Source of the DNA: Podarcis muralis
Lineage: Eukaryota
DNA length: 64,000 nt
NCBI RefSeq assembly: GCF_964188315.1
Contig: NC_135656.1
Location: 123,566,001 to 123,630,000 of the forward strand
Reading direction: 5' to 3'
Positions 35,211-48,900 of the stretch are shown here, piece by piece. The notes under the pieces were generated by a model. That model was not told the DNA's origin and ran no database searches. It worked only from the letters and a program-made list of their open reading frames with translations. Position numbers and translations under genes: made by a program. The first letter of the stretch is position 1, and every line of letters begins with the position of its first letter.

Positions 35211-36852
35211 TCTGCCCTGGTTCCCTGTAACTTCACTTGTTGCAGTGAGGAAACCAGCAAAAGGCCCTCAAAGAGGGACCTCAGTGTCCAGGCAGAATAA
35301 TTGGGTGTAGACGTTCCTTCAGGTATACATGGCAGAGGCCAGTTAGGGCTTTAAAGGTCAGCACCAACACTTTGAATTGTGCTCATAAACATACTGAGAG
35401 CCTCTGAAGATCCTTTAGGACCGATGCTATACAGTCTTGGTGGCTACTCCCAGTCAACTAGTCTAGCTGCCACATTGTGGATTAGTTGTAGTTTCCGAGT
35501 CACCTTCAAGGGTAGCCCCATGTAAAGCACATTGTAGTAGTCCAAGCGGAAAATAACCAGGGCTTGAACCCCTCTGGGGAGACTGTGGGCAGTTAGGGTC
35601 TCAGCCAGTATCTTAAAAAGTTCATACACATTTACATCTAGTTTATGAGAAGAGAGATGATATTGGTAGATGATTCTTGCTGAGGATGAAAAATGCAAGA
35701 CTAGGAGAAAACTTAGAATATGGAAGGACATGACTGAAGTTTTGGTTTTGGACTGGACATGGACATTGATTTTACATAGATAAGAGACGAATGGTCTCAG
35801 GAAAATTAAAGTTGTCAGACTTGTAGATAAAGAGAACTTGGCTAAAGTTTTGTGCCATCTACAGGGTATCGTAATGCATGTGATAATGGCCTCATGTAGG
35901 CATTTTCTGTGACTACAATATAGACCCAAATTCTGGTGCTAAGAATAAATTTCTCATGTGGGCCTGTGCTCAGAGGAATCCTGGGCCTTAGTTCTGAATT
36001 ACGCATTGGGAGAGTGCTGCAGAAATCAGCTCCAGTGTGCTTTCAGGCAACCTTGGGTATCTCTTTGGCTGCTCTGAGAACAGGATACTGGACTACATTA
36101 GCCTCATCCATCCTAACACAGGTGCAAGGCACATGTGATGTTCTTATGATGCCCCTCCCCATAGTCATCAATTTGCACCAGGCTCTGGTTGAGCTAGAAG
36201 CTTGGGCTTCCACTTAAAAGCAAAGTAGACCCTGAAAGTCAAATAGTACTAGCAGGGGCAGAGTTGAGAATGTCAACTTAACTGACAGCTCCCAGTTTTG
36301 CTTGCTTGACCCACTCGCTTTATCCAGCAGCACAGATGATAATGGATGGGGTCCAAAAGGGACGCCCAATGCCCAGAATGAAGAAATGGCACCTAGTGGT
36401 CAGCAGCAGAGCAAGCAGCTTAATGCAGAGCCAAACAGCAATAAGAGAAGAGAAGAGAAAATGGCTCTCTCCTCCCTTTAAAGGACTAGGGTGGTAAAGG
36501 TATGGATATTTACAATAGGTGGTCATGTATCCAAGGAACGTGAAATAGATCCAAGACCAAGTTACTTGGTCAGATACACAAAAATAAGACACAACATGTT
36601 CACACCTGATGAAAACCTATTACCTCAGCACAAAGGAGGAAGAATGGTGGGCAGATTAGGATGGTCCAATATTAGAGATGTCAGATCATCTTACTGCGTC
36701 AGCAATGTGTGATATCACAAGTGCACATGACGTCACCAGTCACCCATAAGGTTGGGTGGAAATCGGCGTGCCTGACTTTGAACTCCCCTTTGGGATTTTT
36801 ATGTTGTGAGCTGCCCTGGGATCTTTGGATGAAAGATGGAATACAAACGTAA

Positions 36853-37797
36853 TGTCAGGAACATGGCTCACCCGAGTGCAGGGGAAGAGTGAGACTCAGA
36901 AATTAAGCTAAGTGAGAGAGGGAACGACTCTGGAGATGAGAGCTGGTTGACAGAGCCGAGAAGGGGCAGTTTGACACCCCCACTTCCCTAAGAAGACACT
37001 GTTAGCTCTCAACAAACAGGAGAGTTAGGAGGCAGCCAGAGCGTTGCTAGGCAATCAGCAGATAAGCAGTGAACTGAGAGTGTGTTGGGTGGAAGTAGAG
37101 AGGTGGAAAGCCAGCCTCTCAGTCCCTGTTCTAGGAGACTGGATAAGGTCAGAGGACAACGGAAGGGCAAGAGGGGAAGGGCAGAAATTTGGCGTCCTTC
37201 CTGCTGTGAAAGAGGCGGAGACTCAGACTGACCAACTATCTGTTGGGATATGAATACTACGCAGCTGAGAACAAGCAGTTCGATGTTTACATCACATTAT
37301 GGCCCTGACCGTGGGACAGGAAGTTCCAGGGATTTCTCAGGCATTTGTTCTTTGTGTAACATGAGACCTTCCTGTTGCTTGTGTGAAGGAAGTCTCAGTG
37401 AGTTGCTTGGAGAAGACTGAGCGAGCAGACATATTTTTGTACAGTTGTACAGTCAGAAATAAACTAGAGATGTAATAGACTTTCTGACTATCTTCTTTCT
37501 CCTGCTGCTATGCAAGAGCAAAGGGGGTGTGCACCTTTCACACAGGGAGGTGCCGCCTATCAAGATCTTCCTGGACTGCTGGGATGCCAACCAGGGTAGG
37601 TCACCGGCAAACAAGCCCCAGTAGCCTGGGAGAGGGGCCAGCCTCTCCCAAGGGGGCTAGTTTTTCAACACTATCGTCATTGTGAGCAGGCTAGAAGCCG
37701 TTCTCTGGATGTGTTTTTTGTAAATAAACATAACATAAAACTGCCAAAGTGTCATTACTTCTTACCAGGGCTTGCTTGCCTGCCTGAGAACATTACA
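36853..37797 (+). mobile_element. Solo LTR (945 bp) with a decayed U3 reading frame
   Basis: TGTCAGG...TTACA termini, TSD cgtaa/cataa, AATAAA motifs; absent at the paralogous site ~56655. Confidence 0.78.
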
Positions 37798-38210
37798 CAT
37801 AATAAATAGCAACAACAACTTGGATGTGTAAGCTGGGTGGGCCTCATCAAACTCTTCTGGAGTTTAGGTTCAAAGGCCGGAATGTTGCTGCATGTTCCTT
37901 TACAATAATATCTCTAGCACTTGAAATATATTTGTTGGGCTGGAGAGACAGATAGGGGATGTTGATGGTGTATGAACCATGCCCAGGGGCACCACTGACT
38001 GAGCTGGCAGAGGTGGTCTCTGGCATGGTTTTGGAGGACCATAGCCATGCAGAACTTGCCATTGGGCCCGGTTGGTACAAATCCTGGACTTACTCAAATG
38101 GGCACACGCTTGAATTCAACATTGGGTTCTGCAATGCACTCTCTCTGGGTTTTTTATTGAAAGATTTAGTACATTTGTTGGTTTTTTGAAATTCATTGTG
38201 TAGACCTATT

Positions 38211-38775
38211 TCATAGAATCATCGATTCTTACAGATGGAAGGGACCCAAGGGTCATCTAGTCCAACCTCCAGCAATGTAGGAATGTCAGCTAAAGCATCC
38301 AGGACAGATGACCCTCCGACCTCTGCTTAAAAACCTGCAGGGAAGGAGAGCCCACAACCTCCTGAGGGAGACTGTTCCATGGTCTAACAGCTCTTACTGT
38401 TAGAAGGTTTTTCCGTACGTCTAGTGGGAATCTCCTTTCCTACAACTTGAAGCCTTTGGTTTGAGTCCTACCTTCCAGGAGAAAACAAGCTTGCTCCATC
38501 CTCCATATGACAGCCCTACAGATATTTGACGATAGCTATCCTATCTCCTCCCAGTCTCCTCTTTCCCAGGCTAGACATACCTAGGTCCTTCAACCATTCC
38601 TCATAAGCAGGCACGCCCCCAACTTGGCCCTCCAGATGTTTTGGGACTACAATTCCCATCATCCCTGGGCACTGGTCCTGTTAGCTAGGGATGATGGGAG
38701 TTGTAGTCCAAGAACATCTGGAGGGCTGAGTTGGGGGGGGGCTGCTCATAAGGCTTGGCTTCTAGACCCTTGATC
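38211..38775 (-). mobile_element. CR1 3' remnant carrying a hAT MITE (38608-38744, TSD ctcataag)
   Basis: CR1 tail. The paralogous CR1 at ~57117-57700 has the empty ctcataag site. Confidence 0.8.
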
Positions 38776-39667
38776 ATCCTAGCTGACCTCCTCCTGCCAT
38801 TGAGTAAATTGATATGTTCTGCTCCTCTGTTGGAGGTTGGAAAATAGCATGTAGGGAAAGTTCTGCTCTCATCTCCAGCTTGTGGGCTTCCCTTTGGGTC
38901 ACCTGGTTGGCCATTGTGAGAACAGGATGCTGGACTTTGGGGGCCTTTGGCCTGATTCAACCTCAGGGCTCTTCTGATGTCAATCATGTTCTGCCCAACT
39001 CACCTTTACCCTTGATGATCCGTGGCACCCCATTGAGTAAACATGTTTTCTCCTGCTCTGCACCTGCTCCTATCAAGTTTCAGGGGAGATCTTTCTTCCC
39101 TTTACAATCATCAGAATCACAGTGAGCTATTTTTATTCTTTCCTGAGTCCAAGTAGCCCCCACCCCACCACTTGAATATTGCCTTTGGGACCAATAAGGT
39201 GAATATCACAATTAAGGACAGTAGGAAGATTTTTATTCCACTGTGCCTGAAAGGTTGGGTGTATAAAATATATATTGTGCCACAAAATCCTGGGGGCCAG
39301 ATATAGAGCAGGTTAAGTGAAAAGGTACATCTGTGTGATGCTGCATTCTAGATCAGAAATTTTGACTGACTGGCTTTCCAGGAAGGGGACATCCTCAGCC
39401 CTGCCTGGAACAGGGAGCAGAGATTGCACCCTCTCACCTTCTTGGTGCAGAATAGATTTCTCCACCTCTGAACCATCACCCTATAGCTCTGAGACCAGAG
39501 TTGGACACCTCCCTGTATTTGTCAATTCTCTGCAATCTCTGATTTGCTAGAATTTGCGGCTTATTAAGACGAGCAGCTAGTGTTGGGTGGAACAGCTACA
39601 AGGAAAGCATAGCAGGTAGATCCAGAATGATAACAGTAAAAAGGAAAGCTTAGCAGGTAGACCCAGA

Positions 39668-39904
39668 ATGATAACACTGCTTGTGTTCCTGTCTCTTGCA
39701 ACCAATGGGATGCAGCAGAGGGAAAAATGCCCACTTAATCCGATCAAGGAGCAAATGTTGGCAGTAAATTTTTACCGGCTAGCAGACTACCTCATTAGTG
39801 GATTCGCATCTCCAAGATTCTTTAACGATCAACCTCCTTTCACCTTTTTCAGCACCCCTGTCAGCAAACTTGAGTCGTAAGTAGTAGTAGTAGTAGTAGT
39901 AGTA

Positions 39905-39951
<47 letters not shown>

Positions 39952-42900
39952 TTATTATTTATACCCCGCCCATCTGGCTGGGCCTCCCCAGCCACTCTGG
40001 GCGGCTTCCATAAAAACCACAACCACAAAAACCATGTTGTTCTGCGTCCTACCTGCTCTCCATTTCCCGTGCTACACTTGTTTTCTGATAAACTTGAAAA
40101 TGTTCATTTCATTTCATTAATTTAAAGCTATGTTTCAAAGCTTTTCATAATGAATTTTAAATAATTAGTAGTAGTTTTGACATGTATTGCTCTCCAAAGC
40201 ATGACTTGTTTTCTAAAGGGTAGGAAATGTTGTGGGATGTGTTTGAGTTGCAAGTTATTTGTAATAAATAAAATGTGAACACAATTCTTTTCCCCATGCA
40301 CAACATATTCTATGCAACTTCAAATTTTAAATGTTGACTTTGCTTCCCTCCACCCTCCTCCCTTGCAAAACTTCTGCAGACACACGTACAGGTAGACCTC
40401 TGTCTCACTTTGTTCTACCTCCTGGCCCCTTTTCCAAGTCACTTTGATTAATACAAAAAAGAATGTGAGGATGACTGTGTGACACACTTTTTTTTGCAGC
40501 TGGGTGGATAAGAAGAACTCACACGTTATTTCCTTCTCCCTTGCTGTTCGGGATATTAATCATAACCCCAGCATCTTACCCAACATTACACTGGGCTACA
40601 GCATCTATGATACCTGTTCTGAGGGACGACTGACTTCTGACTCCATGACAGACCTGCTTGCTGGTGGGAAAATCAATATTCCAAACTACAGCTGTGGGAA
40701 GCAGAAAAGGCTGCTAGCTGTTCTTGAAAAGAGTAGATTTGATGTCTCCACACACATTGCAAGCATATTGGGCATCTACAAGATCCCACAGGTAATCAAT
40801 GGGTCCAAGTGAAACACACCTGGCAATATTAGCCACCTGGTTGTTGTTGTTGGCATCTGTCTGTCTTGAAAGACGATGGCGTGAGCCTCTGGGACGAAGT
40901 CAAACCACTGTGTTAGCACTATCAAAGTGATGTCCACAGTGCACAAGCCTAGGCAGTCGGTACGGAGGTCCAGGGCTGCCCAGATGACAAGACCTCCCTC
41001 TCAGGCTCACTGCTGTGGTCCAAAGGAAAGCAGAGCAATGCATTTGGCACAAGCTTGGCTGCAGGAGTTGCTGGAAGGAGGCAAACAAAGCACCACTCAG
41101 CTGACTTAGGATTTGTGCAGGGTTTACTCCTTAGCCTTTTATTCTCCCAGATGTTGGAGGGTATCCAGGGTTATGGAACTCCCTTGCAGTTGAGGACAGA
41201 CAGGCCCCTTTCCTACTGTCTTTCTAGGGTCTATGCAAACTTTACCTTTTTTCTTTTCTTTCCCCCCTTCCCTTCCCTTCCCTTTCTTTACAACAGGCAT
41301 TTTAATTGAAGTTTTATTATACAGTTTTACCATCTTGATTTTTTTACTGAATCTTTTTTAAGTGCATAGAGAATTTTGCCATTACTCAGTATAATAATTG
41401 CTTGTTATACTCACAAAACGGTGAGGTTTGCATTAAATCTGTCAGCATATTTCATATAGAAGTATCCCACCTTAATCCTTAAGCTATCAATCTCTTTCCC
41501 TTTCTTCACCAGCTCAGTTATGGCTTTGCTCTTTCTGATAAATTCCAGTCCCCCTTTGTCTACCGGATGGTCCCAAACCAAGAAACGCAGTACCAAGGGA
41601 TGGTCCAACTCCTCCTGCATTTCAGGTGGACATGGGTCGGCCTCTTTGCTCCAGACAATGACAGTGGAGAAAGGTTCCTGAGTACCTTGACACCTCTAAT
41701 GAACAAAAGGGAAATTTGTGTTGCCTTCACACAAAGAGTACTACGAGAAACATGGCTATGGATACCCCAAGAACCACCTGCCCTGTGGAGACAAGTCAAT
41801 GTATTTGTTTACTTTGCAGACTCTCAAAGTGGACTTTACATAATCATAGAGGTACAGTCCTTACTGGAAAGGATACAAACTGGGGGGAAAGTCTGGATAA
41901 CCACAGTTCCTTCAAACAAAATGTTGTTATGTGATATTGACTGCTTCCAGTATGCTCATGGCTCTTTGTCTTTTGTAATGAAGACCAAAAAAAGGATGAA
42001 GAAGGACTACTATGGGCCAATGTCCTTGGCTAGTCAACAGTATTCAGAAGAAGCATTTCATTGTTCATATTCCAAGCATGCCTTGTCTGTGAGGGGTATG
42101 ATCAAATGCAGAGAGAAGGATAATGTGAAGATGCTCCCCCAGGAAGAGATTGAAAGAATCCAGTCCCAAGACAGCTATGTGAACTACTTGAGTATCCAAG
42201 CTGTGGCTCAGGCCTTAAATGCTGCATATTCATCCTGGTCAAAGAGGATGTTGATTGTGGGTGGAGGCAGTTTGGATCTTCAAAAGCTACAGCCATGGCA
42301 GGTAAGTCCTTTTCCTTTTACAAACTAGAATTCATTGTCCCTGCTCCGGAATCACCATGATAGGATCATCTGAATCTGTCTTGCACTGTGTCAGAACACT
42401 GGTTAGTACTGTCTACATTGACTGACTGGCCGTTGACATTGTTTTCACCTGCTGGCAGAAGTCCATCAGAGTTTGTCCCATCCAGGTTCCCAGTTGAAAG
42501 GAATTCTACACTAGTTACAGGTGGAGCACAACAGAAACGACCCATTGGTGTATGGGAAGTCAAGATCACAGATACAGTGCTATATTCCTGCTGACAGAAG
42601 TATCATCCAATAATTTGCAGGCAGAGACGGCAAAACATAGAAAGAGATGTGGAACTCATTGGACCAATGCGCTGATTCAACTTAGCAGCCTCTAACATGA
42701 ATACAGTGGTACCTCGGGTTAAGTACTTTATTCGTTCCGGAGGTCCTTTCTTAACCTGAAGCGGTTCTTAACCTGAAGCACCACTTTAGCTAATGGGGCC
42801 TCCCGCTGCTGCTGCACCGCCGAAGCATGATTTCTGTTCTCATCCTGAAGCAAGGTTCTTAACCCGAGGTACTATTTCTGGGTTAGCGGAGTCTGTAACC

Positions 42901-45900
42901 TGAAGCGTATGTAACCTGAAGCATATGTAACCTGAGGTACCACCGTATTGGGGATGACTTTTTACAAAATGTAATAAACACTCTAGGACTAGACACTGCC
43001 ATATTAGACTATCATTAGACAGCAATACACTTGTAAGCTTTTTGAGGTCCCAGGGGAGTCATGTTGCTCACTGGGACAACACTGTTTGAGCATATTACAC
43101 TGATCCTGGTCCAACTACAACCACACTTTCTGCCAGTTAGTTTCCAGACCCAATTCAAAGTCCTTGTTTTGACCTATAAAGCCTTAAACAGTTGAGGACC
43201 ACAATACCTCAAGGACCACCTCTCTCCATATAAACCTACCCAGACCCTGAGGTCATCATCTGAGACCCTTCTTTGCATGCCTCCTCCTCAAGAGCTCCAG
43301 AGGGTGGCAACACAAGAGCGGGCTTTCTCTGCAGTGGCTCCCCATTCGTGGAATGTTTTCCTCAGGGAAGTGTGGCTGGCACCTTCACTGTTCAGCTTTA
43401 GGTGCCATGCAAAACTATTCCTCTTTATCCTGGCGTTTATCTGATTAACATCCTATACCCGCTTTCCATGTGCTTTTTGTGAGGGGTTGGGGAGGGTTGT
43501 TATTCGTTTGTGGGGTGGGTGTGTTCTTTTTATCTTGTAGTTTGTATCTTTATATTGTGTTCTTATGTTGTGAACCACTTCTGTCCCAACTGGACAGATG
43601 AAGGATCTCTGTTTTTAACTCCTCTCGTGAACAAGCTTCATCTCCCAATCCAGCCTTGGATAGTGTCCCTTTTTTTGCAGGATTCTGATTGTTGGATTAC
43701 CGAGATGACAGCTAACTTCCTGCTCAGTGTGATGAAGAGGAAAGCGGCACTAACTTCTTCTTTAACACCACAGCTGCAGTCGATACGCCGCACAATCGAA
43801 CGAAGTTCCAAGTAGCCTTATTGTACAAGGACAATGGAGCTAGGATAAATCTGAGGAGCTGAAGGACCATTTAACGATCCTCCTCCAGCCTCAGCAGTTT
43901 TTTTTGTCTTTTTGTTTTTGTACTATCTGTCACTCGATGTTTTAAATCCCCTGTCGCTTTTGTTATTCCCTTTTCTTTCTTTTTCTTTAAGTATTCGCCC
44001 AGGACGATATCTACCTTTACCTCCCCACCCCCATTTTATGTTGTTATTTCTATGTATATCATGCTATGGCCACACGGCTAATGCAATAAAATCTATTGAA
44101 AGTTGTGAACCACCATTATATCTGTACCATGAGGGTCACCTAGTCCAACCCCCTGCGATGCAAGGATCTTTTGCACAACATAGGGCTTAAACTCATGACC
44201 ATCAGATTAAGAGTCTCAAGGTCTACCGACTGATCTATCCCTCCAAATCAACATTTTCTGATGCTGATTTTGGCCATCCCAAAAATTATGAAGCAGATTG
44301 AGGGTGTCTAATAATCTAGTACGGTCAGATGATTCCAAATGAGAGATACAGTGGTTCTTATTCAGAGAAGATTAGGATGCAGGGAGAACATGAAACCATG
44401 TTACCTAATTCAGCCCTGCTCACTCATTGCTGGATTTCCCCCTGTCATTCTAGCTTCATCATTTATTGAAAGAAGTCCATTCATGGAATGTTCTCCTTAT
44501 GGAAGTTCGGCTGGCACCTTCACTATACAGCTTTTGGTGCCATGCAAAACTGTTCCTCTTCAACACGGCCCTTATCTGATTAACATCCTATACTCCTTTT
44601 AAATGTGTTTGTGTAAGGGGTTGGGGGAATGTTGTTATTTGTTTGTGGGGTGGGTGTGGGTGTTTTATCATGTATTTGTGATATTATAGTCTTATATTCC
44701 CTATATATCCGTATATGATGGTCTACCGACTGATCTGTCCCTTCAAATCAAGCTTTCTAATTCAGCCCTGTGTACTCATTGCTGGATTTCCCCCTGTCAT
44801 TCTAGTTTCATCATTTCTTGAAAGAAGTCCAGTTCTACTCTAATACTTCAGCCGATGGGCAGTACTTGGATGAGAATGGGGCACTGGCCATTGACTTTGA
44901 TATAGTGAATTGGGTGCTGTTTCCTAATAACTCTCATGATAGAGTGAAAATTGGGCGAATAGAGGGACAAAAGTCCTCAAATCTGAAGTTCACCATTAAC
45001 CCAGAAGCAATTGTGTGGCCCAAGCAATTTAAGAAGGTAGGAAAAATTGGAACTGTCATTTTATTAACTATGACTCTAATAACTCTTTTTATGCTCTAAT
45101 AACATTTTGAATAGTACATATGAGGCTTTGACTGCAATCTTTTTTTAAAAAATTGGTTTTCACATATTGCATTACAATACAGATGTTCCAAAGCCAACAC
45201 CATTTCCTCCCCATCCCTCCATACATTTACATTTTTATTTCCTCAATCCATCATATTACTCTTTTCTCCTTCCTCCCACTTCCCTCCGCCCCCACTCGAT
45301 TTCCTCCACATTATAGGGAAAGGAGAATTTTGAGACTCCTTCGGGTAGTGATAAAGCGGCATATCAAATCCAAACTCTTCTATACCATTTACAAAAACCT
45401 TGTATTCTACAATCTTCTCAAATCATCTATATATTATTATTATCTTTCCTTACTAATTTTTCTTCCATCCAGTACTTCACATTTTAATCTAGGCATATTA
45501 GCGTATCTTTTTTTGAGCAATATTTTGCCATATATTCATCAAAACATTTCCACTCCTTTTTAAATTTTTGATTCAACTGATTTCTTATTATAGCAGTTAA
45601 TTTTGTCAAAATTAAATATTCATTTAGTTTACAAATCCATTCCTGCTTTGTGGGCATAGTTTGTGACTTCCACCTAGCAGTAATCACTATTCTAGCAGCT
45701 GTTCTTGCAATGGTAGAGGTAAAAACAAAAACACACATAAACAAGAGGAATTAATGAAAGAAACCACCAAAAAAATTACAATGCGAAAACAAAGATATAA
45801 GGAAAGGACAATACATAATGAATGCAGAAATGATAGAGATGAAAAAAGTTCAAGAAGATACAATGGATAAAATAGCTATTTTAGAAATGTATCAAAGGGA

Positions 45901-48900
45901 GCTAATTCTGAGGTTTAGATGTGTCCCAGAAACACAAGGTGAGGACATCATGAATAAATTGACAAAGGAAATAGCGAAATGGCTTCGAGTGAGAGAAGAA
46001 GACCTGATATTGGATACTGACAAAATTTTCAGGATGAAACCAGATGCTAAAAGACCATTTAAGGGGCCAGGGGATTGCCTAGTTTTCCTCAATTTGAGGT
46101 TGCTGAAAGATAAGATCTTACAAAAAAGAATGACAATAGATGGACATAATATATTAATATACAAAGAAATTCCTAAATGAATTCTTAAAAAATGAAATAA
46201 TTACAAGATATTGACAGATGTGCTGAAATCTAAAGGAATTATGTTCAATTGACTTCAATCTTGTTGGTGCTTCTCTGGAGCTAGGTCCATTGAGTTCAAT
46301 GAAACCTGCTCTTGAGTAAACATGTATAAAATTTCAAAGTAAATAGGAAACATTCCAAACACATTTCCCCAACTTGGTGCCCTCCAAATATTGTGCACTA
46401 CAACACCCATGCACCCCAACTAGCATTGTGGAAAGATATCTGAGGGGCACCAGGTTGGGTATAGCTGGAGTATAGTAAGGTATTCCACATCTGTTTGGGC
46501 ATAGAGACATGCCACACAAGCAAACTGGGCATCAAATTCTGCACTAGGTGCAGACTTTGAAAGCAACACCAATGTTTCCATTGGCAGATGTCATGGCAAC
46601 AAATGGAGGACTTGTTTTATTGCTGATGTTCATATGATGGTTTATGCCATGCTCCTGTTTCTTGTTAACTGTTATCTGCAATACAGCAATACTATTGTAG
46701 CATAGAAATGTGAGATGAGCAGAAACACACACACACACACGCACCCAAATTATCTTCCATGCAACTCTGCAAAAAATAAAGAGAAACGTAACTGTCCCAA
46801 AATAGGGCCTGGTATCAACTTCGGTCTTTATCCAAAGGCACAAATTCACCTATCACTTTCTCCTTAGTGCTCAGTTTTCTGTTCATGCCTAGATGGTGCC
46901 TCGTTCAAGATGCACAGAAAGTTGTCTCCCTGGATATTCCAGAAAAGTTCAGGAAGGGAAGCCACCCTGCTGCTATGATTGCGCTCCCTGCTCAGAAGGA
47001 ACCATCTCCACTCAGGAAGGTAGGAGAGGATCTCAGGGGAAATGGCCTTTGATGGGAGGATGGGGCAAATATTTGAGCCAGTCCAAATAAAATGTTAATA
47101 ACCATAATTAACAAGCAGTTTATATTTTATAGTCTCTCTGCATTCTTTGTTCTCTAATATGGACAGACCTCCTAGTTTGTGGCGAGAGAGGGTGCCCCCC
47201 CACTCTCTTATGACGTCCTTGCTGGCTATTCCCTCCCTTCTGTTTCTCTTTCCATTATCTCGTAGCTAGGTAACTCTTGTGTAATCTGATCAGTGTCTGT
47301 GTCTCTCCCACTTCAGAGAGGAGCTGATCTGCCTGAGAATGCATTCCCCAATCCTCTGATTCAGACCATTCCCTGACAGGCACCTCTTTTTCTAGAAAAT
47401 AGAACCGGAAATGTCACCCCATGAATGAAATGTGCTCTTCAGGAGGGTCACCTATTGCCAGCCAGTAATGTCCCCACAGCACCAGGGATTTTTTCGGTCC
47501 ATGTAAAATTTAATTTGCCCATCTTCAGAGACGTGTAGAATTTTTCAGGATTTAATTATGGCAGTTCCCCTATGGAATTTTATGTTATGGTTTTTATAAT
47601 GTTGTTTTCCCATGCATCATATTGGTTTCCAGTACATCACCCATTTAGTTTTACTGATGGATAGGTGGAACATCTTCAAAATTTATCCATTAATAAAAAG
47701 TAACTCATAAGAAAAATCGAGGATATAAGAAAAGTATTGCTGCATAGAAAGAACAGCCCTCCCACCCCATGTGATCTCCAGCAACTAGTATTCAAAGGCA
47801 TTCAAAGGTCACTTTCAATGTTGTAGGGAGTATATGGCAGTGAATCTGGTCCTCGGGAATATCTTGATGAGGGGAAAGTGGGCAGGATAAATAGGATGTA
47901 ATGGTTACAGATAGGTAGCCGTGTTGGTCTGCCATAGTCAAAACAAAAAAAATTCCTTCCAGTAGCACCTTAAAGACCAACTAAGTTAGTTCTTGGTATG
48001 AGCTTTCGTGTGCATGCACACTTGAAGAAGCGTATCTGAAGAAGTGTGCATGCACACGAAAGCTCATACCAAGAACTAACTTAGTTGGTCTTTAAGGTGC
48101 TACTGGAAGGAATTTTTTTTGTTTTGAGGATGTAATGGGTTCACCAAACCTGTGGCCTCAGGACGGTTGTTGTCCTGCCATGGAGTCAGTCGGCACTAGG
48201 GCCAGAGAGACCAGCTGACAATTTCTGAGAGGTCCCCAGAAGTTCAGGAATGGAGGCAGTGCCGCACAATTATACTCCTCTGAGTTCCTTGGAGGAATAA
48301 AGCAATATGTGATTTAGAAACAACAGCAACAACATGATTTATTATTTCTACCCCGCCCATCTGGCTGGGCCTCCCCAGCCACTCTGGGCGGCTTCCAAGA
48401 GAAGGTTAAATATACATTAAAACATCTGTTATTAAAAACTTCCCTAAACAGAGAATAATTGTAGCTTCAATATATTCTAAAATAAGTTGAGTCTTAACCC
48501 ATATGCTTCACAATAATCAAACATCACAAGAAACTGCCATTATACTGAGTCAACCTATTGATTCATTTAACCCAAGGTTGCATAATCCAGCGGTCCAGAA
48601 TTTTTTCTGGCCTTTGCACTAGATTTCCCAGGTGAAAAATAGCAGCTGGGTGCTGCCGCCAACCTGTCACTCACCAAATGCAATAGTGATGCCAGCTTTA
48701 AAGCCTTGATTGCCAGCACTTCAAAGTACAGTGTGGGCCTTTTTGAAAATCCTGTGCAAGCAGCTCGACAGCATGCAGACTACTGTAGGTTTGTGACGGA
48801 TGTTAGGATACTGAACTGTGTTTTCCTCTCTGCAGATGCAGATAAATGCACCAAATGTCCAGAAGATCAGCATCCAAATGAGGATAGACATCAATGTGTC

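Noticed and set aside
37847-38100. Minus-strand ORF resembling one at 56782-56985
   Set aside because: Similarity is explained by the segmental duplication. There are stops in the paralog, no splice signals and no known motif.
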